NCBI GenBank assembly: GCA_035260325.1
Contig: DATFVL010000144.1
Location: forward strand, 1 to 59,411
Source of the DNA: Candidatus Methylomirabilota bacterium
GTDB lineage: Bacteria; Methylomirabilota; Methylomirabilia; Rokubacteriales; CSP1-6
Length of the DNA: 59,411 bases
Direction of reading: 5' to 3'
Made by a program: the position numbers and the translations under genes. Below the pieces are notes generated by a model. It had not been told where the DNA came from. It was given only the letters and a program-made list of their open reading frames with translations, and did no database searches. Of this stretch, positions 1 through 8,786 are shown in pieces (positions within the stretch are counted from its first letter, which is position 1; each line of letters begins with the position of its first letter).

Positions 1-483
1 CTCGGCGGGCCGGCGCACGAGGACCGCCGCGAGCGTCGCGTCCTCGCGCCCCGCGTCCTCCCCCGCCCAGAACTCGCCGGTCGAGACGTCCACGAGCGCG
101 ACGCCCGTCGCCTCGCGGCTCCGCACCACGGCGAGGAGGAAGTTGTTCGCGGCGCCGGCGAGGTACGCCGTGTCGGTGATGGTCCCCGGCGTGATGATCC
201 TCACGACGTCGCGCTTCAGCAGCTTCTTCGCCTGGCCCGGCGCCTCGAGCTGCTCGCACACCGCGATCTTCCGGCCCGCGCGGACGAGCCGCGCGATGTA
301 GCCGTCGGCGGCGTGGTGGGGGATGCCGGCCATCGGCGCGTCCTGCCGCGACGTGAGCGTGATCTGCAGGAGGCGCGACGCCAGCTCGGCGTCCTCGAAG
401 AACATCTCGTAGAAGTCGCCGAGGCGGAACAGCAGCAGGTGGTCGGGGTAGCGGCGCTTGAGGTCCCGATACTGCCGCATCAT
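1..483 (-). CDS. mutS: DNA mismatch repair protein MutS, first 161 codons (gene runs off the left edge)
   Basis: Absent from the ORF track because it is open at the window edge. My reverse-complement translation from ATG 483 reads MMRQYRDLKRRYPDHLLLFRLGDFYEMFFEDAELASRLLQITLTSRQDAPMAGIPHHAADGYIARLVRAGRKIAVCEQ..., the canonical MutS mismatch-binding N-terminus. The frame stays open to base 1. Confidence 0.85.
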   Translation of the reverse strand, partial: MMRQYRDLKRRYPDHLLLFRLGDFYEMFFEDAELASRLLQITLTSRQDAPMAGIPHHAADGYIARLVRAGRKIAVCEQLEAPGQAKKLLKRDVVRIITPGTITDTAYLAGAANNFLLAVVRSREATGVALVDVSTGEFWAGEDAGREDATLAAVLVRRPAE

Positions 484-505
484 CGGCGTGGGCTCGCCGG
501 GCCGG

Positions 506-991
506 TCAGGCAACGAGGCGTCCCCGGAGCCGGTCGTACGTCGCCTCGAGCGCCTCGGGCATGACGCGCACGTCGGCGAAGACCGGCATGAAGTTCGTGT
601 CGCCGCTCCAGCGCGGCACGACGTGGACGTGCAGGTGGTCGGTGATCCCCGCGCCCGCGACCCGGCCCTGGTTCCAGCCGACGTTGAACCCCTCGGCGCG
701 GTACTCGACGGTCAGGAGCGTGATCGCCCTGGCGACGAGCTCCATCATCTCCGCCACTTCGTCCGCCCGCGCCTCGGCGAGCGTGCCCACATGCCGGTTG
801 AGCACGGCCATGAGGTGGCCGGGCGCGTACGGGTAGGCGTTCAGGACCAGGAAGGCGTGCGCGGCCCGGTGGAGGACCAGGTTCTTACGGTCGTCGGGCG
901 CCGCCAGGGCCGAGCAGAACACGCATTCGGAGGGCGGCGCCCCGCCCGCGCCCACGTAGCCCATGCGCCAGGGCGCCCAGAGGCGTTTCAC
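506..991 (-). CDS. HIT (histidine triad) family nucleotide hydrolase/transferase
   Basis: 161-aa track ORF. Histidine-triad motif HLHVHVVPRW lies near the C-terminus. The WAPWRMGYV N-terminus is typical of the Ap4A-phosphorylase/GalT-like HIT branch. Confidence 0.85.
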   Translation of the reverse strand: MKRLWAPWRMGYVGAGGAPPSECVFCSALAAPDDRKNLVLHRAAHAFLVLNAYPYAPGHLMAVLNRHVGTLAEARADEVAEMMELVARAITLLTVEYRAEGFNVGWNQGRVAGAGITDHLHVHVVPRWSGDTNFMPVFADVRVMPEALEATYDRLRGRLVA

Positions 992-1007
992 GCCGCCCGA
1001 GGCCGGT

Positions 1008-1283
1008 TCACCCGTTGACGAGCTCTCGCAGCCGCTTGCCCACCTTGAAGAACGGCACCCGCTTCTGGGGGACGTCCACGCTCGTCCCGGTCTTGGGGTT
1101 CCGCCCCTTGCGCGAGTTGCGGTGACGGATCCGGAAACTGCCGAAGCCCCTGAGCTCGACCTTGTCGCCCTTCGACAGCGCGTCGGTGATGTTGTCGAAG
1201 ATCGTGTTGACGATCGTCTCCGTCTCTTTCTTCGTCAGGCTCGAGATCTTCGAGACCTCGTCGATCAGGTCGGCTTTGGTCAT
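1008..1283 (-). CDS. ihfB: HU/IHF family DNA-binding protein, IHF beta-like
   Basis: 91-aa ORF with the HU/IHF arm signature ELRGFGSFRIRHRNSRKGRNPKTGTSVDVP. Its location downstream of cmk-rpsA mirrors the E. coli cmk-rpsA-ihfB neighbourhood. Subunit assignment rests on resemblance only. Confidence 0.7.
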   Translation of the reverse strand: MTKADLIDEVSKISSLTKKETETIVNTIFDNITDALSKGDKVELRGFGSFRIRHRNSRKGRNPKTGTSVDVPQKRVPFFKVGKRLRELVNG

Positions 1284-1332
1284 CGTCGACTCCGTTCCTT
1301 CCGGAGGAATCCACGCCTCCTGGCTTCACGGC

Positions 1333-1362
1333 AAGCTAGCACGCGAGCGAAAAGAATGTCAA
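1333..1362 (-). promoter_or_regulatory. Candidate sigma70-type promoter for ihfB
   Basis: On the minus strand: TTGACA (1362..1357), 18 nt spacer, TAGCTT (1338..1333), about 50 nt upstream of ATG 1283. That ATG has GGAG 6 nt upstream. This is a sequence match only, inside the 284-nt gap 1284..1567. Confidence 0.35.
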
Positions 1363-1567
1363 GCAGCACAGGGAGTTAGGCCACATCGCTCGCGGGCACC
1401 CAGAGGGGGCCCGGCGCGCCGAGGAAAATCCCACCGTCTCGCGCTGTTGCCGCTTCGGAAGGGCGCCGGCGCCGAGACTAGATCGGGAGCAGAAGGTTCG
1501 TGCTGACAGCAGCTTGGAAAGCGGAGCTTCAGAACCTACTCGAGCGATCGGTGGTCAATCGCTGGCC

Positions 1568-2485
1568 TCAGTCCATCAGGTAGAGCGGCGTTTTGAAGAG
1601 CGGCAGTGACCCGCGGAACGCCCCGAACCCGCCGAGGCCGAGCTCGTTCCGCAGGAGATCGATGACCGAGAACTTTCGCCGGGGTCCGACGACCCGCGGA
1701 GGCTTCGGGAGCCCCGCGAGCGTCGCGGCGCCCTCGATGGCCTCCTCGAGGCCGCCGAGCGCGTCGACCATCCGGAGGTCCTTGGCCTGGCTGCCGGAGA
1801 CGATGCGCCCGTCGGCGAAGCGGAGCACGTCGGCGCGCTCGAGCTTGCGCCCCGCCACGACGGCGGCGATGAACTGGCCGTGCACGTCGTCGAGCAGCGC
1901 CTGCAGCATGCGCCGCTCGTCGGGCGTCATCGGCCGGGCGAAGCTGCCGATGTCCTTGTACTCCCCCGCCTTGACGATCACGTAGTCCACGCCGACCTTC
2001 TTCAGGAGCTCGTGGAGGCTCGCCATCTGCATGATGACGCCGATCGAGCCCGTGAGGGTGCCGGGATCCGCGTAGATCCGGTCGGCGGCGACGGCGACGT
2101 AGTAGCCGCCCGATGCCGCCACGGCGCCGAGCGACGCGACCACCGGTTTGCCGGCGTCGTGCACGCGCTTGAGCGCCGCGTGGAGCTCCTGGGTCGGCGC
2201 CACGACGCCGCCCGGGCTGTTGATGCGGATCACGACCGCGCGCACCGCCGGGTTGTCGCGATGGCCCCGGAGCTCGCGGATGAGCTCCTCCACGTCCACG
2301 ATGAGCCCCTCGAGCTCGACGACCGCGACGCGCTCGCCGAAGATCGCCCCGCCCCCGGCGGGGCCGGGCCGCCCGAGCGACGCGAGGGCGACGACGAGGA
2401 GGCCGCCCACCCCGAGGTAGACCGCCAGCGCGACCCCGAGCAGGGCCCACCGGCGCCCGGGGCTAGCTCTCGTCTTCGTAGTCAT
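1568..2485 (-). CDS. sppA: Signal peptide peptidase SppA, 36K type (S49 peptidase)
   Basis: 305-aa ORF. N-terminal membrane anchor WALLGVALAVYLGVGGLLVVALA is followed by the S49/ClpP-like core (INSPGG, AASGGYY, GSIGV). ATG 2485 overlaps the end of rpsA by 23 nt. Confidence 0.85.
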   Translation of the reverse strand: MTTKTRASPGRRWALLGVALAVYLGVGGLLVVALASLGRPGPAGGGAIFGERVAVVELEGLIVDVEELIRELRGHRDNPAVRAVVIRINSPGGVVAPTQELHAALKRVHDAGKPVVASLGAVAASGGYYVAVAADRIYADPGTLTGSIGVIMQMASLHELLKKVGVDYVIVKAGEYKDIGSFARPMTPDERRMLQALLDDVHGQFIAAVVAGRKLERADVLRFADGRIVSGSQAKDLRMVDALGGLEEAIEGAATLAGLPKPPRVVGPRRKFSVIDLLRNELGLGGFGAFRGSLPLFKTPLYLMD

Positions 2486-4205
2486 AGTCGTCGCGGGGCT
2501 TGCCCTTCTTGCCGCGACGGCCGCGTTCGGTACGCTCGTCCGTCACCTTCGGCGGCTCGATCGCATGGGCCAGCTCCTTGAGGGAGAGCCCGATGCGCCG
2601 CTCGTTGGCGTCCACGCGGATCACGAGCAGCGTGAGCTCGTCGCCGACGCTGACGATCTCGTCGGGCCGGCCGATCGGCCGGCTCGACATCTGGGAGATG
2701 TGCAGGAGCCCGTCCACGCCCGGCTCGAGCTCGACGAACGCGCCGAAGTCGGTGAGCCGGACGACCTTGCCCGTCACGCGCGAGCCCATCGGGAAGCGCT
2801 GCGCCACCGTGGACCACGGGTCGGGCTGGATCTGCTTGAACCCGAGGGAGATGCGCTTGTTCTCGCGATCGAGGTTCAGGATCACGGTTTCGATGTCCTG
2901 CCCCTTCTTGAGGATCTCCGACGGGTGGCCGACGCTCCGCGTCCAGGACATGTCGGAGATGTGGAGCAGGCCGTCCACGCCCGGCTCGAGCTCGACGAAC
3001 GCGCCGAAGTCGGTGAGGTTGCGCACCTTGCCCATGATGCGCGTGCCGGGCTTGTAGCGCTCCTCGATCGTCGCCCACGGATCCGCCTCGACCTGCTTCA
3101 TGCCGAGCGAGATCCGCTTGCCCGCGCGGTTGACGTCGAGCACGATCACCTCGACCTCGTCGCCGACGTTGACGAGCTTCGAGGGGTGCCGGACGCGCCG
3201 CGTCCACGACATCTCGGAGACGTGCACGAGGCCCTCGACGCCGGGCTCGAGCTCGATGAACGCGCCGTAGTTGGTGAGGCTCACGACCCGGCCGCGCGCC
3301 TTGGTGCCGGGGGCGTAGGTCTTCTCGACGCGCTCCCACGGGTCCGACGACTTCTGCTTGTAGCCGAGCGACACGCGGCCCGTCTCGCGGTCGAAGTGGA
3401 GGACGACGACCTCCACCTGGTCGCCGACCTGGAAGATCTCCGAGGGGTGGCCGACGCGGCCCCAGCTCATGTCGGTCACGTGCAGGAGCCCGTCGATGCC
3501 GCCGAGGTCGATGAAGGCGCCGTAGTCGGTGATGTTCTTCACCGTGCCCGTCAGCACCATGCCCTCGGACAGGATCTCGAGCGTGTGCTTCTTCTTCTCC
3601 TCGCGCTCCTCCTCCAGCACGGCGCGGCGCGAGAGCACCACGTTGCCGCGCCGGCGGTTGAGCTTGATGACCTTCGCGCGGATGCTCTGGCCGACCATCG
3701 CGGCGAGGTTCTTGACCGGCCGGAGGTCCACCTGCGAGCCCGGCAGGAACGCCTTGACCCCCACGTCCACCGCGAGGCCGCCCTTGACGACCTCGACGAC
3801 CCGGCCCTCCACCGGCAGGCCCTTCTCGTGGGCCTGGGTGATGGCATCCCACACCTTGATCTTGTCGGCCTTGTCCTTCGAGAGGACGATCAGGCCCTCG
3901 GAGTCCTCCTTGGCCTCGAGGTACACCTCGATCTCCTCGCCGACCTTGGGCAGCGTCCCGTGGCGATGGAACTCCTCGATGGGGATCGCGCCCTCGCTCT
4001 TGTAGCCGACGTCGACGAGCACCTCGCTCGTGCCGACGTGGACGACGCGGCCGCGGACGACCTCGCCCTCCTCGAACTCGCTGGTGACGCCCTCGCGGTA
4101 CCAGTCCTCCATCCGCTCCTCGGCCGGGTCCTCGGCCTCCTTTCCCGACCCGGCCAGGGTGCTGCGTGGTTCGTCCTTCTTCATGCCTCCGGTTCCTCCA
4201 GTCAT
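2463..4205 (-). CDS. rpsA: 30S ribosomal protein S1
   Basis: Six tandem S1 RNA-binding repeats (recurring ..G.V..L..FGAF.EL.PGV.GL.H.S.. blocks) and an acidic tail DDYDYEDES. The start is ambiguous. ATG 4205 makes an ATGA overlap with the plsC stop. A second in-frame ATG at 4184 (MKKDEPRS..) is preceded by GGAGGAACCGGAGG. Confidence 0.9.
   Translation of the reverse strand: MTGGTGGMKKDEPRSTLAGSGKEAEDPAEERMEDWYREGVTSEFEEGEVVRGRVVHVGTSEVLVDVGYKSEGAIPIEEFHRHGTLPKVGEEIEVYLEAKEDSEGLIVLSKDKADKIKVWDAITQAHEKGLPVEGRVVEVVKGGLAVDVGVKAFLPGSQVDLRPVKNLAAMVGQSIRAKVIKLNRRRGNVVLSRRAVLEEEREEKKKHTLEILSEGMVLTGTVKNITDYGAFIDLGGIDGLLHVTDMSWGRVGHPSEIFQVGDQVEVVVLHFDRETGRVSLGYKQKSSDPWERVEKTYAPGTKARGRVVSLTNYGAFIELEPGVEGLVHVSEMSWTRRVRHPSKLVNVGDEVEVIVLDVNRAGKRISLGMKQVEADPWATIEERYKPGTRIMGKVRNLTDFGAFVELEPGVDGLLHISDMSWTRSVGHPSEILKKGQDIETVILNLDRENKRISLGFKQIQPDPWSTVAQRFPMGSRVTGKVVRLTDFGAFVELEPGVDGLLHISQMSSRPIGRPDEIVSVGDELTLLVIRVDANERRIGLSLKELAHAIEPPKVTDERTERGRRGKKGKPRDDYDYEDES
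2710..3017 (-). repeat. Perfect 47-nt direct repeat inside rpsA (copies 2710..2756 and 2971..3017)
   Basis: ccgtccacgcccggctcgagctcgacgaacgcgccgaagtcggtgag occurs twice, 261 nt (87 codons, one S1 domain) apart. Each copy encodes LTDFGAFVELEPGVDG in adjacent S1 repeats. Confidence 0.85.
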
Positions 4206-4855
4206 TGGATTTGTGCGAAGAGCCGCGGCGCCGTCGTCGCCCCCGCCGCCGGGGAATCTCTCAGGCTCGCGATCGCCGCCATCATCTGGCGGCTCGCGGT
4301 CTCGTACGTGTGCTTGCGGCCGGCGCCGCGCGGCGCCGCGAAGCGGAGCGGCTCCCCGAACGTCACCCGCACCTTCGCCGGCCGCGGGAGGCGCCGGCCC
4401 CGCGGCCAGGCGCGCCCGCTGCCGCTCACGTACACGGGCACCACCGAGGCGCCGCTCATCACGGCCAGCATCCCCGCCCCCGCCTTCGCCGGCCGCAGCG
4501 CGCCCTCGTCGCCGCGCGTGCCCTCCGGGAAGATCAGCAGCGCCCCCTCCGCCTCGAGCACGCGCAGCGCGGTGCGCAGCGCCGCCGGATCCGCGCCCTC
4601 GCGCCGGATCGGCCGCGCGCCGAGGGCGTGGAGGAGGCGGCCGAAGAGCGGAATGCGGAAGAGCTCCGCCTTCGCCAGGAACGCGAGCCGTCGCGGGCAG
4701 GTGCTCCCCACCAGCGGCGGGTCGAGGAAGCTCGAGTGGTTCGCGACGAGCAGGAGCGGGCCCGCCCCGGGCACGCGCTCCGGGTGCACCACCTCGAGCC
4801 GGAACAGGAGGCGCAGGAGCGCCCGCGCGACCGGCTTCACCGCCCGGTAGAGCAT
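4202..4855 (-). CDS. plsC: 1-acyl-sn-glycerol-3-phosphate acyltransferase
   Basis: Track ORF 4202..5113 trimmed to ATG 4855 (MLYRAVKPVARALL..). The discarded 5' part is Arg/Ala-rich and overlaps cmk. Acyltransferase blocks NHSSFLDP and FPEGTR are present. Confidence 0.8.
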   Translation of the reverse strand: MLYRAVKPVARALLRLLFRLEVVHPERVPGAGPLLLVANHSSFLDPPLVGSTCPRRLAFLAKAELFRIPLFGRLLHALGARPIRREGADPAALRTALRVLEAEGALLIFPEGTRGDEGALRPAKAGAGMLAVMSGASVVPVYVSGSGRAWPRGRRLPRPAKVRVTFGEPLRFAAPRGAGRKHTYETASRQMMAAIASLRDSPAAGATTAPRLFAQIQ

Positions 4856-5514
4856 TTGCGCTCGACCTCCGCGAGCATCCGCTCGACCACCTCGTCCATC
4901 GTGAGGTCCGACGTGTCCAGCTCGATCGCGCCCGGCGCCCGCCGGAGCGGCGCGAGGGCGCGCGTCGTGTCCTGCTCGTCGCGCGCGCGCAGCTCCTCGC
5001 GCACCGCGCCGAGCGGCCGCGACACGCCCCGGGCGATCAGCTCGGCGTGCCGCCGGCGCGCCCGCGCCTCGAGCGACGCGGTCAGGAAGAACTTCACCTC
5101 GGCCTCCGGCCACACGACCGTGCCCGTGTCGCGGCCCTCGAGGATGGCGCCGCCCCCGGCGGCCTCCCGCCGCTGCAGCGGCGTGACCTTCTCGCGCACG
5201 ACCGGGAGCATCGTGAGGAGCGACGTCGCCTGCGCAACCTCCTGGCTCTGGACCTCGGCCGTCACGTCCACGCCGTTCAGCAGCACCCGCCCGTCGGCCA
5301 TCCGGACCTCGACGGACGCGAGGTAGGCCGAGAGCTCGGGCCCCTCGTGGCGCGGCGCCCCGTCCCGGAGGACGCCGAACGCGACCGCGCGGTACATCAT
5401 GCCCGTCGGCACGAGCTTGTAGCCCAGGCGCCGGGCGAGCAGCCGCGCCGCCGTGCTCTTGCCCGCGCCGGCCGGACCATCGATCGTGATCACCGGCTCC
5501 CTCGCACTACTCAT
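4837..5514 (-). CDS. cmk: Cytidylate kinase
   Basis: Track ORF 4837..5667 trimmed to ATG 5514 (MSSAREPVITIDGPAGAGKST, P-loop). It sits in the classical aroA-cmk-rpsA neighbourhood. Confidence 0.9.
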   Translation of the reverse strand: MSSAREPVITIDGPAGAGKSTAARLLARRLGYKLVPTGMMYRAVAFGVLRDGAPRHEGPELSAYLASVEVRMADGRVLLNGVDVTAEVQSQEVAQATSLLTMLPVVREKVTPLQRREAAGGGAILEGRDTGTVVWPEAEVKFFLTASLEARARRRHAELIARGVSRPLGAVREELRARDEQDTTRALAPLRRAPGAIELDTSDLTMDEVVERMLAEVERKCSTGR

Positions 5515-6823
5515 CCTCCGCGACCACGGCCTGCGTCCCCGCGAGCGCGTTGAGCGTCTCGGCGAACTGGGGGAACGACGTCGCCACGCACGCCGTGTCG
5601 TCCACCAGCGTCTCCCCGTCGGCCACCAGCCCCGCGACGGCGAGCGCCATGGCCATGCGGTGGTCACCGCCGCTCGACACCCGGGCGCCGCGGAAGCGCT
5701 GCGGGCCCGCGATCGCCATGCCGTCGGGCCGCTCCTCGACGCGGACGCCCATCTTGCCGAGCTCGCGCGCGAGCATCGCGATCCGGTCCGACTCCTTCAC
5801 GCGCAGCTCCGCCGCGTCGGTGATGGTCGTGACCCCGCGCGCGACCGCCGCCGCCACGGCGAGCGCCGGGACCTCGTCGATGAGCCGCGGCACGAGCGCG
5901 CCGCCGATCGCCGTCGCCCGGAGCGGGGAGGCGCCCACCGTGAGGCTCGCCGCGGGCTCGCCCTCGTCGCCCGCGGCGCCGCGCGCGCCCTCGAGCCGCG
6001 CGCCCATCGCCTCGAGGACGTCGAGCACGCCGGTGCGCGTCGGGTTCACGCCCACGCCCGCGACGGTCACGCGCCCGGCGCCGACGATCGCGCCGGCCAC
6101 CAGGAGAAAGGCCGCCGACGAGACGTCCCCCGGCACGTGCACGGTCGTCGCGGCGAGCTCGCCCGGCGTGAGCGTCACCGTCGTGCCCTCGACGGAGAGC
6201 CGCGCGCCGAACCGGCGGAGCATGCGCTCCGAGTGGTCGCGCGACCGCGCGGGCTCGGTGACCGAGACCGGCCCGTCGGCGTAGAGCCCGGCGAGCAGGA
6301 TCGCCGACTTCACCTGCGCCGACGCCACCGGCGAGACGTAGGCGAGCGCCCGGAGCCGCCGCAGCCCCTTGATCGCCAGCGGCAGGCGCGTCGCGTCCTT
6401 GCGCCCGACGAGCGTCGCGCCCATCCGCGCGAGCGGTTCGGCGACGCGACCCATCGGCCGGCGCCTGAGCGACTCGTCGCCCGTCAGCATCGTCCAGAAC
6501 GGCTGACCCGCGAGCACGCCGAGCAGGAGCCGCGCGCTCGTGCCGGAGTTGCCGCAGTCCACGACGTCGCCGGGCTCCTGGAGGCCATGGAGCCCCGCAC
6601 CGACGATCCGGTAGTGCCCGGGCCCCTTCCGGGTGACGTCGGCGCCGAGCGCCTGGACGGCGGCGATCGTCCGGAGGCAGTCCTCCGCCTCGAGGTAGCC
6701 GTGCACCTCCGTCGCCCCGTCGGCGAGCGCCCCGAGGAGCGCCGCCCGGTGGGAGATCGACTTGTCGCCCGGCACCTGCGCCGTGCCCTCGAGGCGCGTC
6801 ACCGGGCGCACGCGGAACCTCAC
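5507..6823 (-). CDS. aroA: 3-phosphoshikimate 1-carboxyvinyltransferase (EPSP synthase)
   Basis: Track ORF 5507..6982 trimmed to GTG 6823, which forms a GTGA overlap with the tyrA stop. The N-terminus ..VTRLEGTAQVPGDKSISHRAALLGALA is the EPSP synthase start. Length is about 438 aa. Confidence 0.9.
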   Translation of the reverse strand: MRFRVRPVTRLEGTAQVPGDKSISHRAALLGALADGATEVHGYLEAEDCLRTIAAVQALGADVTRKGPGHYRIVGAGLHGLQEPGDVVDCGNSGTSARLLLGVLAGQPFWTMLTGDESLRRRPMGRVAEPLARMGATLVGRKDATRLPLAIKGLRRLRALAYVSPVASAQVKSAILLAGLYADGPVSVTEPARSRDHSERMLRRFGARLSVEGTTVTLTPGELAATTVHVPGDVSSAAFLLVAGAIVGAGRVTVAGVGVNPTRTGVLDVLEAMGARLEGARGAAGDEGEPAASLTVGASPLRATAIGGALVPRLIDEVPALAVAAAVARGVTTITDAAELRVKESDRIAMLARELGKMGVRVEERPDGMAIAGPQRFRGARVSSGGDHRMAMALAVAGLVADGETLVDDTACVATSFPQFAETLNALAGTQAVVAEDE

Positions 6824-7668
6824 CGGAGCGCCTCCCGCGCGGCCTTGACGCGCGCGAGCCGCGCGCGGAGCTCGTCGCGGGAGCCCCCCGCGATCGCGCG
6901 CGCGAGCTCGTCGAGCGCCCGGCGGAAGGCGTCGAGGCTCCGCCCGACCGCCTCGCGGTTCGCGACGAAGATGTCGGCCCACATGTCCGGATCGGACGCC
7001 GCGATCCGCGTCATGTCCTTGAAGCCCCGCGCGGCGAACCCGAGCGCCTCCGGCGCCGAGCGCGCGACCGCATCCATCAGCGCGTCGGCGACCGCGTGCG
7101 GCAGGTGGCTGATCGCGGCGACCGCGGCGTCGTGCGCCTCCGGCTCGAGCGCGTCGACGCGGGCGCCCAGCGCCTCCCAGAACCCCGTCACGGCCTTGAG
7201 CGCCCGCGGCTCGGTCCGATCGGTGGGCGTCACGAGCACGAGCGCGCCCTGGAAGAGGTCGGGGCGCGCCACGCCGTAGCCGCTCTTCTCCGAGCCGGCC
7301 ATGGGGTGGCTGCCCACGAACGCGAGCGGTCGCCCCGCGGCGAGCCCCTCGGCGCGGCGGACGATGGCCGCCTTCGTGGAGCCCACGTCGGTCAGCGTCG
7401 CGCCGTCGGCCGCCGCGCGCCAGACGCGCTCGAGCAGGGCCTCGATCGCCAGCACCGGCGCGGCGAGCAGGACGAAGTCGGCGCCGCCCACCCCCGCCTC
7501 GAGGTCGGTGGTGACGCGGTCGATCGCCCCGTCGCGCAGCGCCGCCTCGAGGCGCGCGCGGTCGCGGCCCACGCCCACGATCGAGCGCGCGAGCGCGCCG
7601 GCCCGGGCCGCCTTGGCGACCGAGCCTCCGAGCAGGCCCACGCCGACGATCGCGAGCGTCCGGATCAC
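6820..7668 (-). CDS. tyrA: Prephenate/arogenate dehydrogenase
   Basis: This is the 3' part of the 648-aa track ORF 6820..8766, trimmed to GTG 7668 (GTGA overlap with the hisC stop). VIRTLAIVGVGLLGGSVAKA is a Rossmann GxGxxG, followed by GSHPMAG and HDAAVAAISHLPH. Confidence 0.85.
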   Translation of the reverse strand: MIRTLAIVGVGLLGGSVAKAARAGALARSIVGVGRDRARLEAALRDGAIDRVTTDLEAGVGGADFVLLAAPVLAIEALLERVWRAAADGATLTDVGSTKAAIVRRAEGLAAGRPLAFVGSHPMAGSEKSGYGVARPDLFQGALVLVTPTDRTEPRALKAVTGFWEALGARVDALEPEAHDAAVAAISHLPHAVADALMDAVARSAPEALGFAARGFKDMTRIAASDPDMWADIFVANREAVGRSLDAFRRALDELARAIAGGSRDELRARLARVKAAREALR

Positions 7669-8777
7669 GCGGGTCGCTTCCCCAGCACGGCCTGGAGCGC
7701 CTTCACGAGCTTGCGGTTCTCCTCCGGGGTCCCGACGGTGATGCGGAGCGCGGTCTCCATCCCGAAGGGCGTCAGCGGGCGCACGATCACGCCGTGCTGG
7801 AGGAGCTTCTGGAAGATGTCCGCGGCGCTCCGCCCGACGTCCACGAGGATGAAGTTCGCGCGCGAGGGCACGTAGGAGACGCCCAGGTTCTTGAACTCGT
7901 CGTAGAGGTAGTGGCGCCCGGCCTCGATCATCCGGACGCACTCCATGATGTGCGCCTCGTCCTCGAGCGCCGCGAGCCCCGCCGCCTGCGCGAGCGAGTT
8001 GACGTTGAAGGGCTGGCGGATGCGGTTCATGAGCGAGATCGCGTCCGCGTCCGCGACGCCGTAGCCGACGCGCAGCCCGGCGAGGCTCGCGGCCTTCGAG
8101 AAGGTCCGGAGGACGATCACCTTGCGGCCCTGCTTCACGTACTGGAGCACCTCCGGGAAGTCGGGGCCGAGCGCGAACTCGATGTAGGCCTCGTCGAAGA
8201 CGACGATCGTGCGCTCGGGCACCCGCGCCATGAAGTGCTCGACCTCGTCGGCCGTGACGATCGTGGCCGTCGGATTGTTCGGGTTCGCGATGAACACGAG
8301 CTTCGTCATCGGCGTCATCGCGCGCGCCATGGCCTCGAGGTCGAGCCGGTACTCCTTGAGCATGACCATGACGCGGACGCCCCCGGCCGCCTGGACGATC
8401 ATCGGGTAGACGACGAACGACGGGTGCGGCATGACCGCCTCGTCGCCCGGCCGCAGGAACGCGCGCACGAGCAGCTCGATCAGCTCGTTCGAGCCGTTGC
8501 CGAGCACGATCTGCTCGGGCATGAAGCCGTGCTTCTTGGCGAGCGCCTGGCGGAGGTAGAAACCGCTGCCGTCCGGATAGCGGTTGCCGTGGTGCAGCAC
8601 CGCGAGGATCGCCTTCTGCACGCGGTCGGAGGGCGGCAGCGGGTTCTCGTTCGAGGCGAGCTTGATCGCGTCCGGGATGCCGAACTCGCGCTCGAGCTCC
8701 TCGATGGGCTTGCCGGGCTCGTAGGGCGCGATCCCCAGGATGTGTTCGTTCGCGAGGGATTCCCACTGCGTAGGCAT
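7665..8777 (-). CDS. hisC: Histidinol-phosphate/aromatic aminotransferase (class II)
   Basis: 370-aa ORF with SNENP near the N-terminus and the PLP-lysine context RTFSKAASLAGLRVGY. Its position between pheA and tyrA suggests it may serve aromatic amino acid synthesis. Confidence 0.85.
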   Translation of the reverse strand: MPTQWESLANEHILGIAPYEPGKPIEELEREFGIPDAIKLASNENPLPPSDRVQKAILAVLHHGNRYPDGSGFYLRQALAKKHGFMPEQIVLGNGSNELIELLVRAFLRPGDEAVMPHPSFVVYPMIVQAAGGVRVMVMLKEYRLDLEAMARAMTPMTKLVFIANPNNPTATIVTADEVEHFMARVPERTIVVFDEAYIEFALGPDFPEVLQYVKQGRKVIVLRTFSKAASLAGLRVGYGVADADAISLMNRIRQPFNVNSLAQAAGLAALEDEAHIMECVRMIEAGRHYLYDEFKNLGVSYVPSRANFILVDVGRSAADIFQKLLQHGVIVRPLTPFGMETALRITVGTPEENRKLVKALQAVLGKRPA

Positions 8778-8786
8778 GCTCTCTCC

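Noticed and set aside
1284-1567. Possible tRNA or small RNA gene in the 284-nt sppA-ihfB gap (a GGTTCG-like string near 1494) and a short hairpin AGCGAT-N9-ATCGCT at 1543..1563.
   Set aside because: No cloverleaf can be built around the GGTTCG string. The hairpin is only 6 bp with no U-tract. I kept only the promoter-like TTGACA-N18-TAGCTT as a low-confidence feature.
2565-4850. 761-aa plus-strand ORF, and similar very long plus-strand ORFs: 21204..23483, 33373..35565, 43314..47198, 48305..51946, 52905..55340 and 54937..57066.
   Set aside because: They are antisense to genes with unmistakable family signatures (rpsA, waaF/lpxK, clpC, rib/ftsY, smc, secA, recN). Their translations are Arg/Ala/Pro/Gly/Asp low-complexity strings with no motifs. 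Long antisense open frames are expected at this GC content because stop codons are AT-rich.
6820-8766. Track ORFs that read through upstream genes as giant proteins or long N-terminal extensions. Examples: 6820..8766 (648 aa), 12927..14564, 17971..19812, 21322..24144, 22308..24344, 26482..28200, 30749..34132, 36356..38878 and 57112..58878.
   Set aside because: The 5' portions are Arg/Pro/Gly-rich, out of frame with and overlapping well-supported upstream genes. In each case the recognisable domain begins at an in-frame GTG or ATG placed at a stop/start overlap, so I trimmed to those starts.
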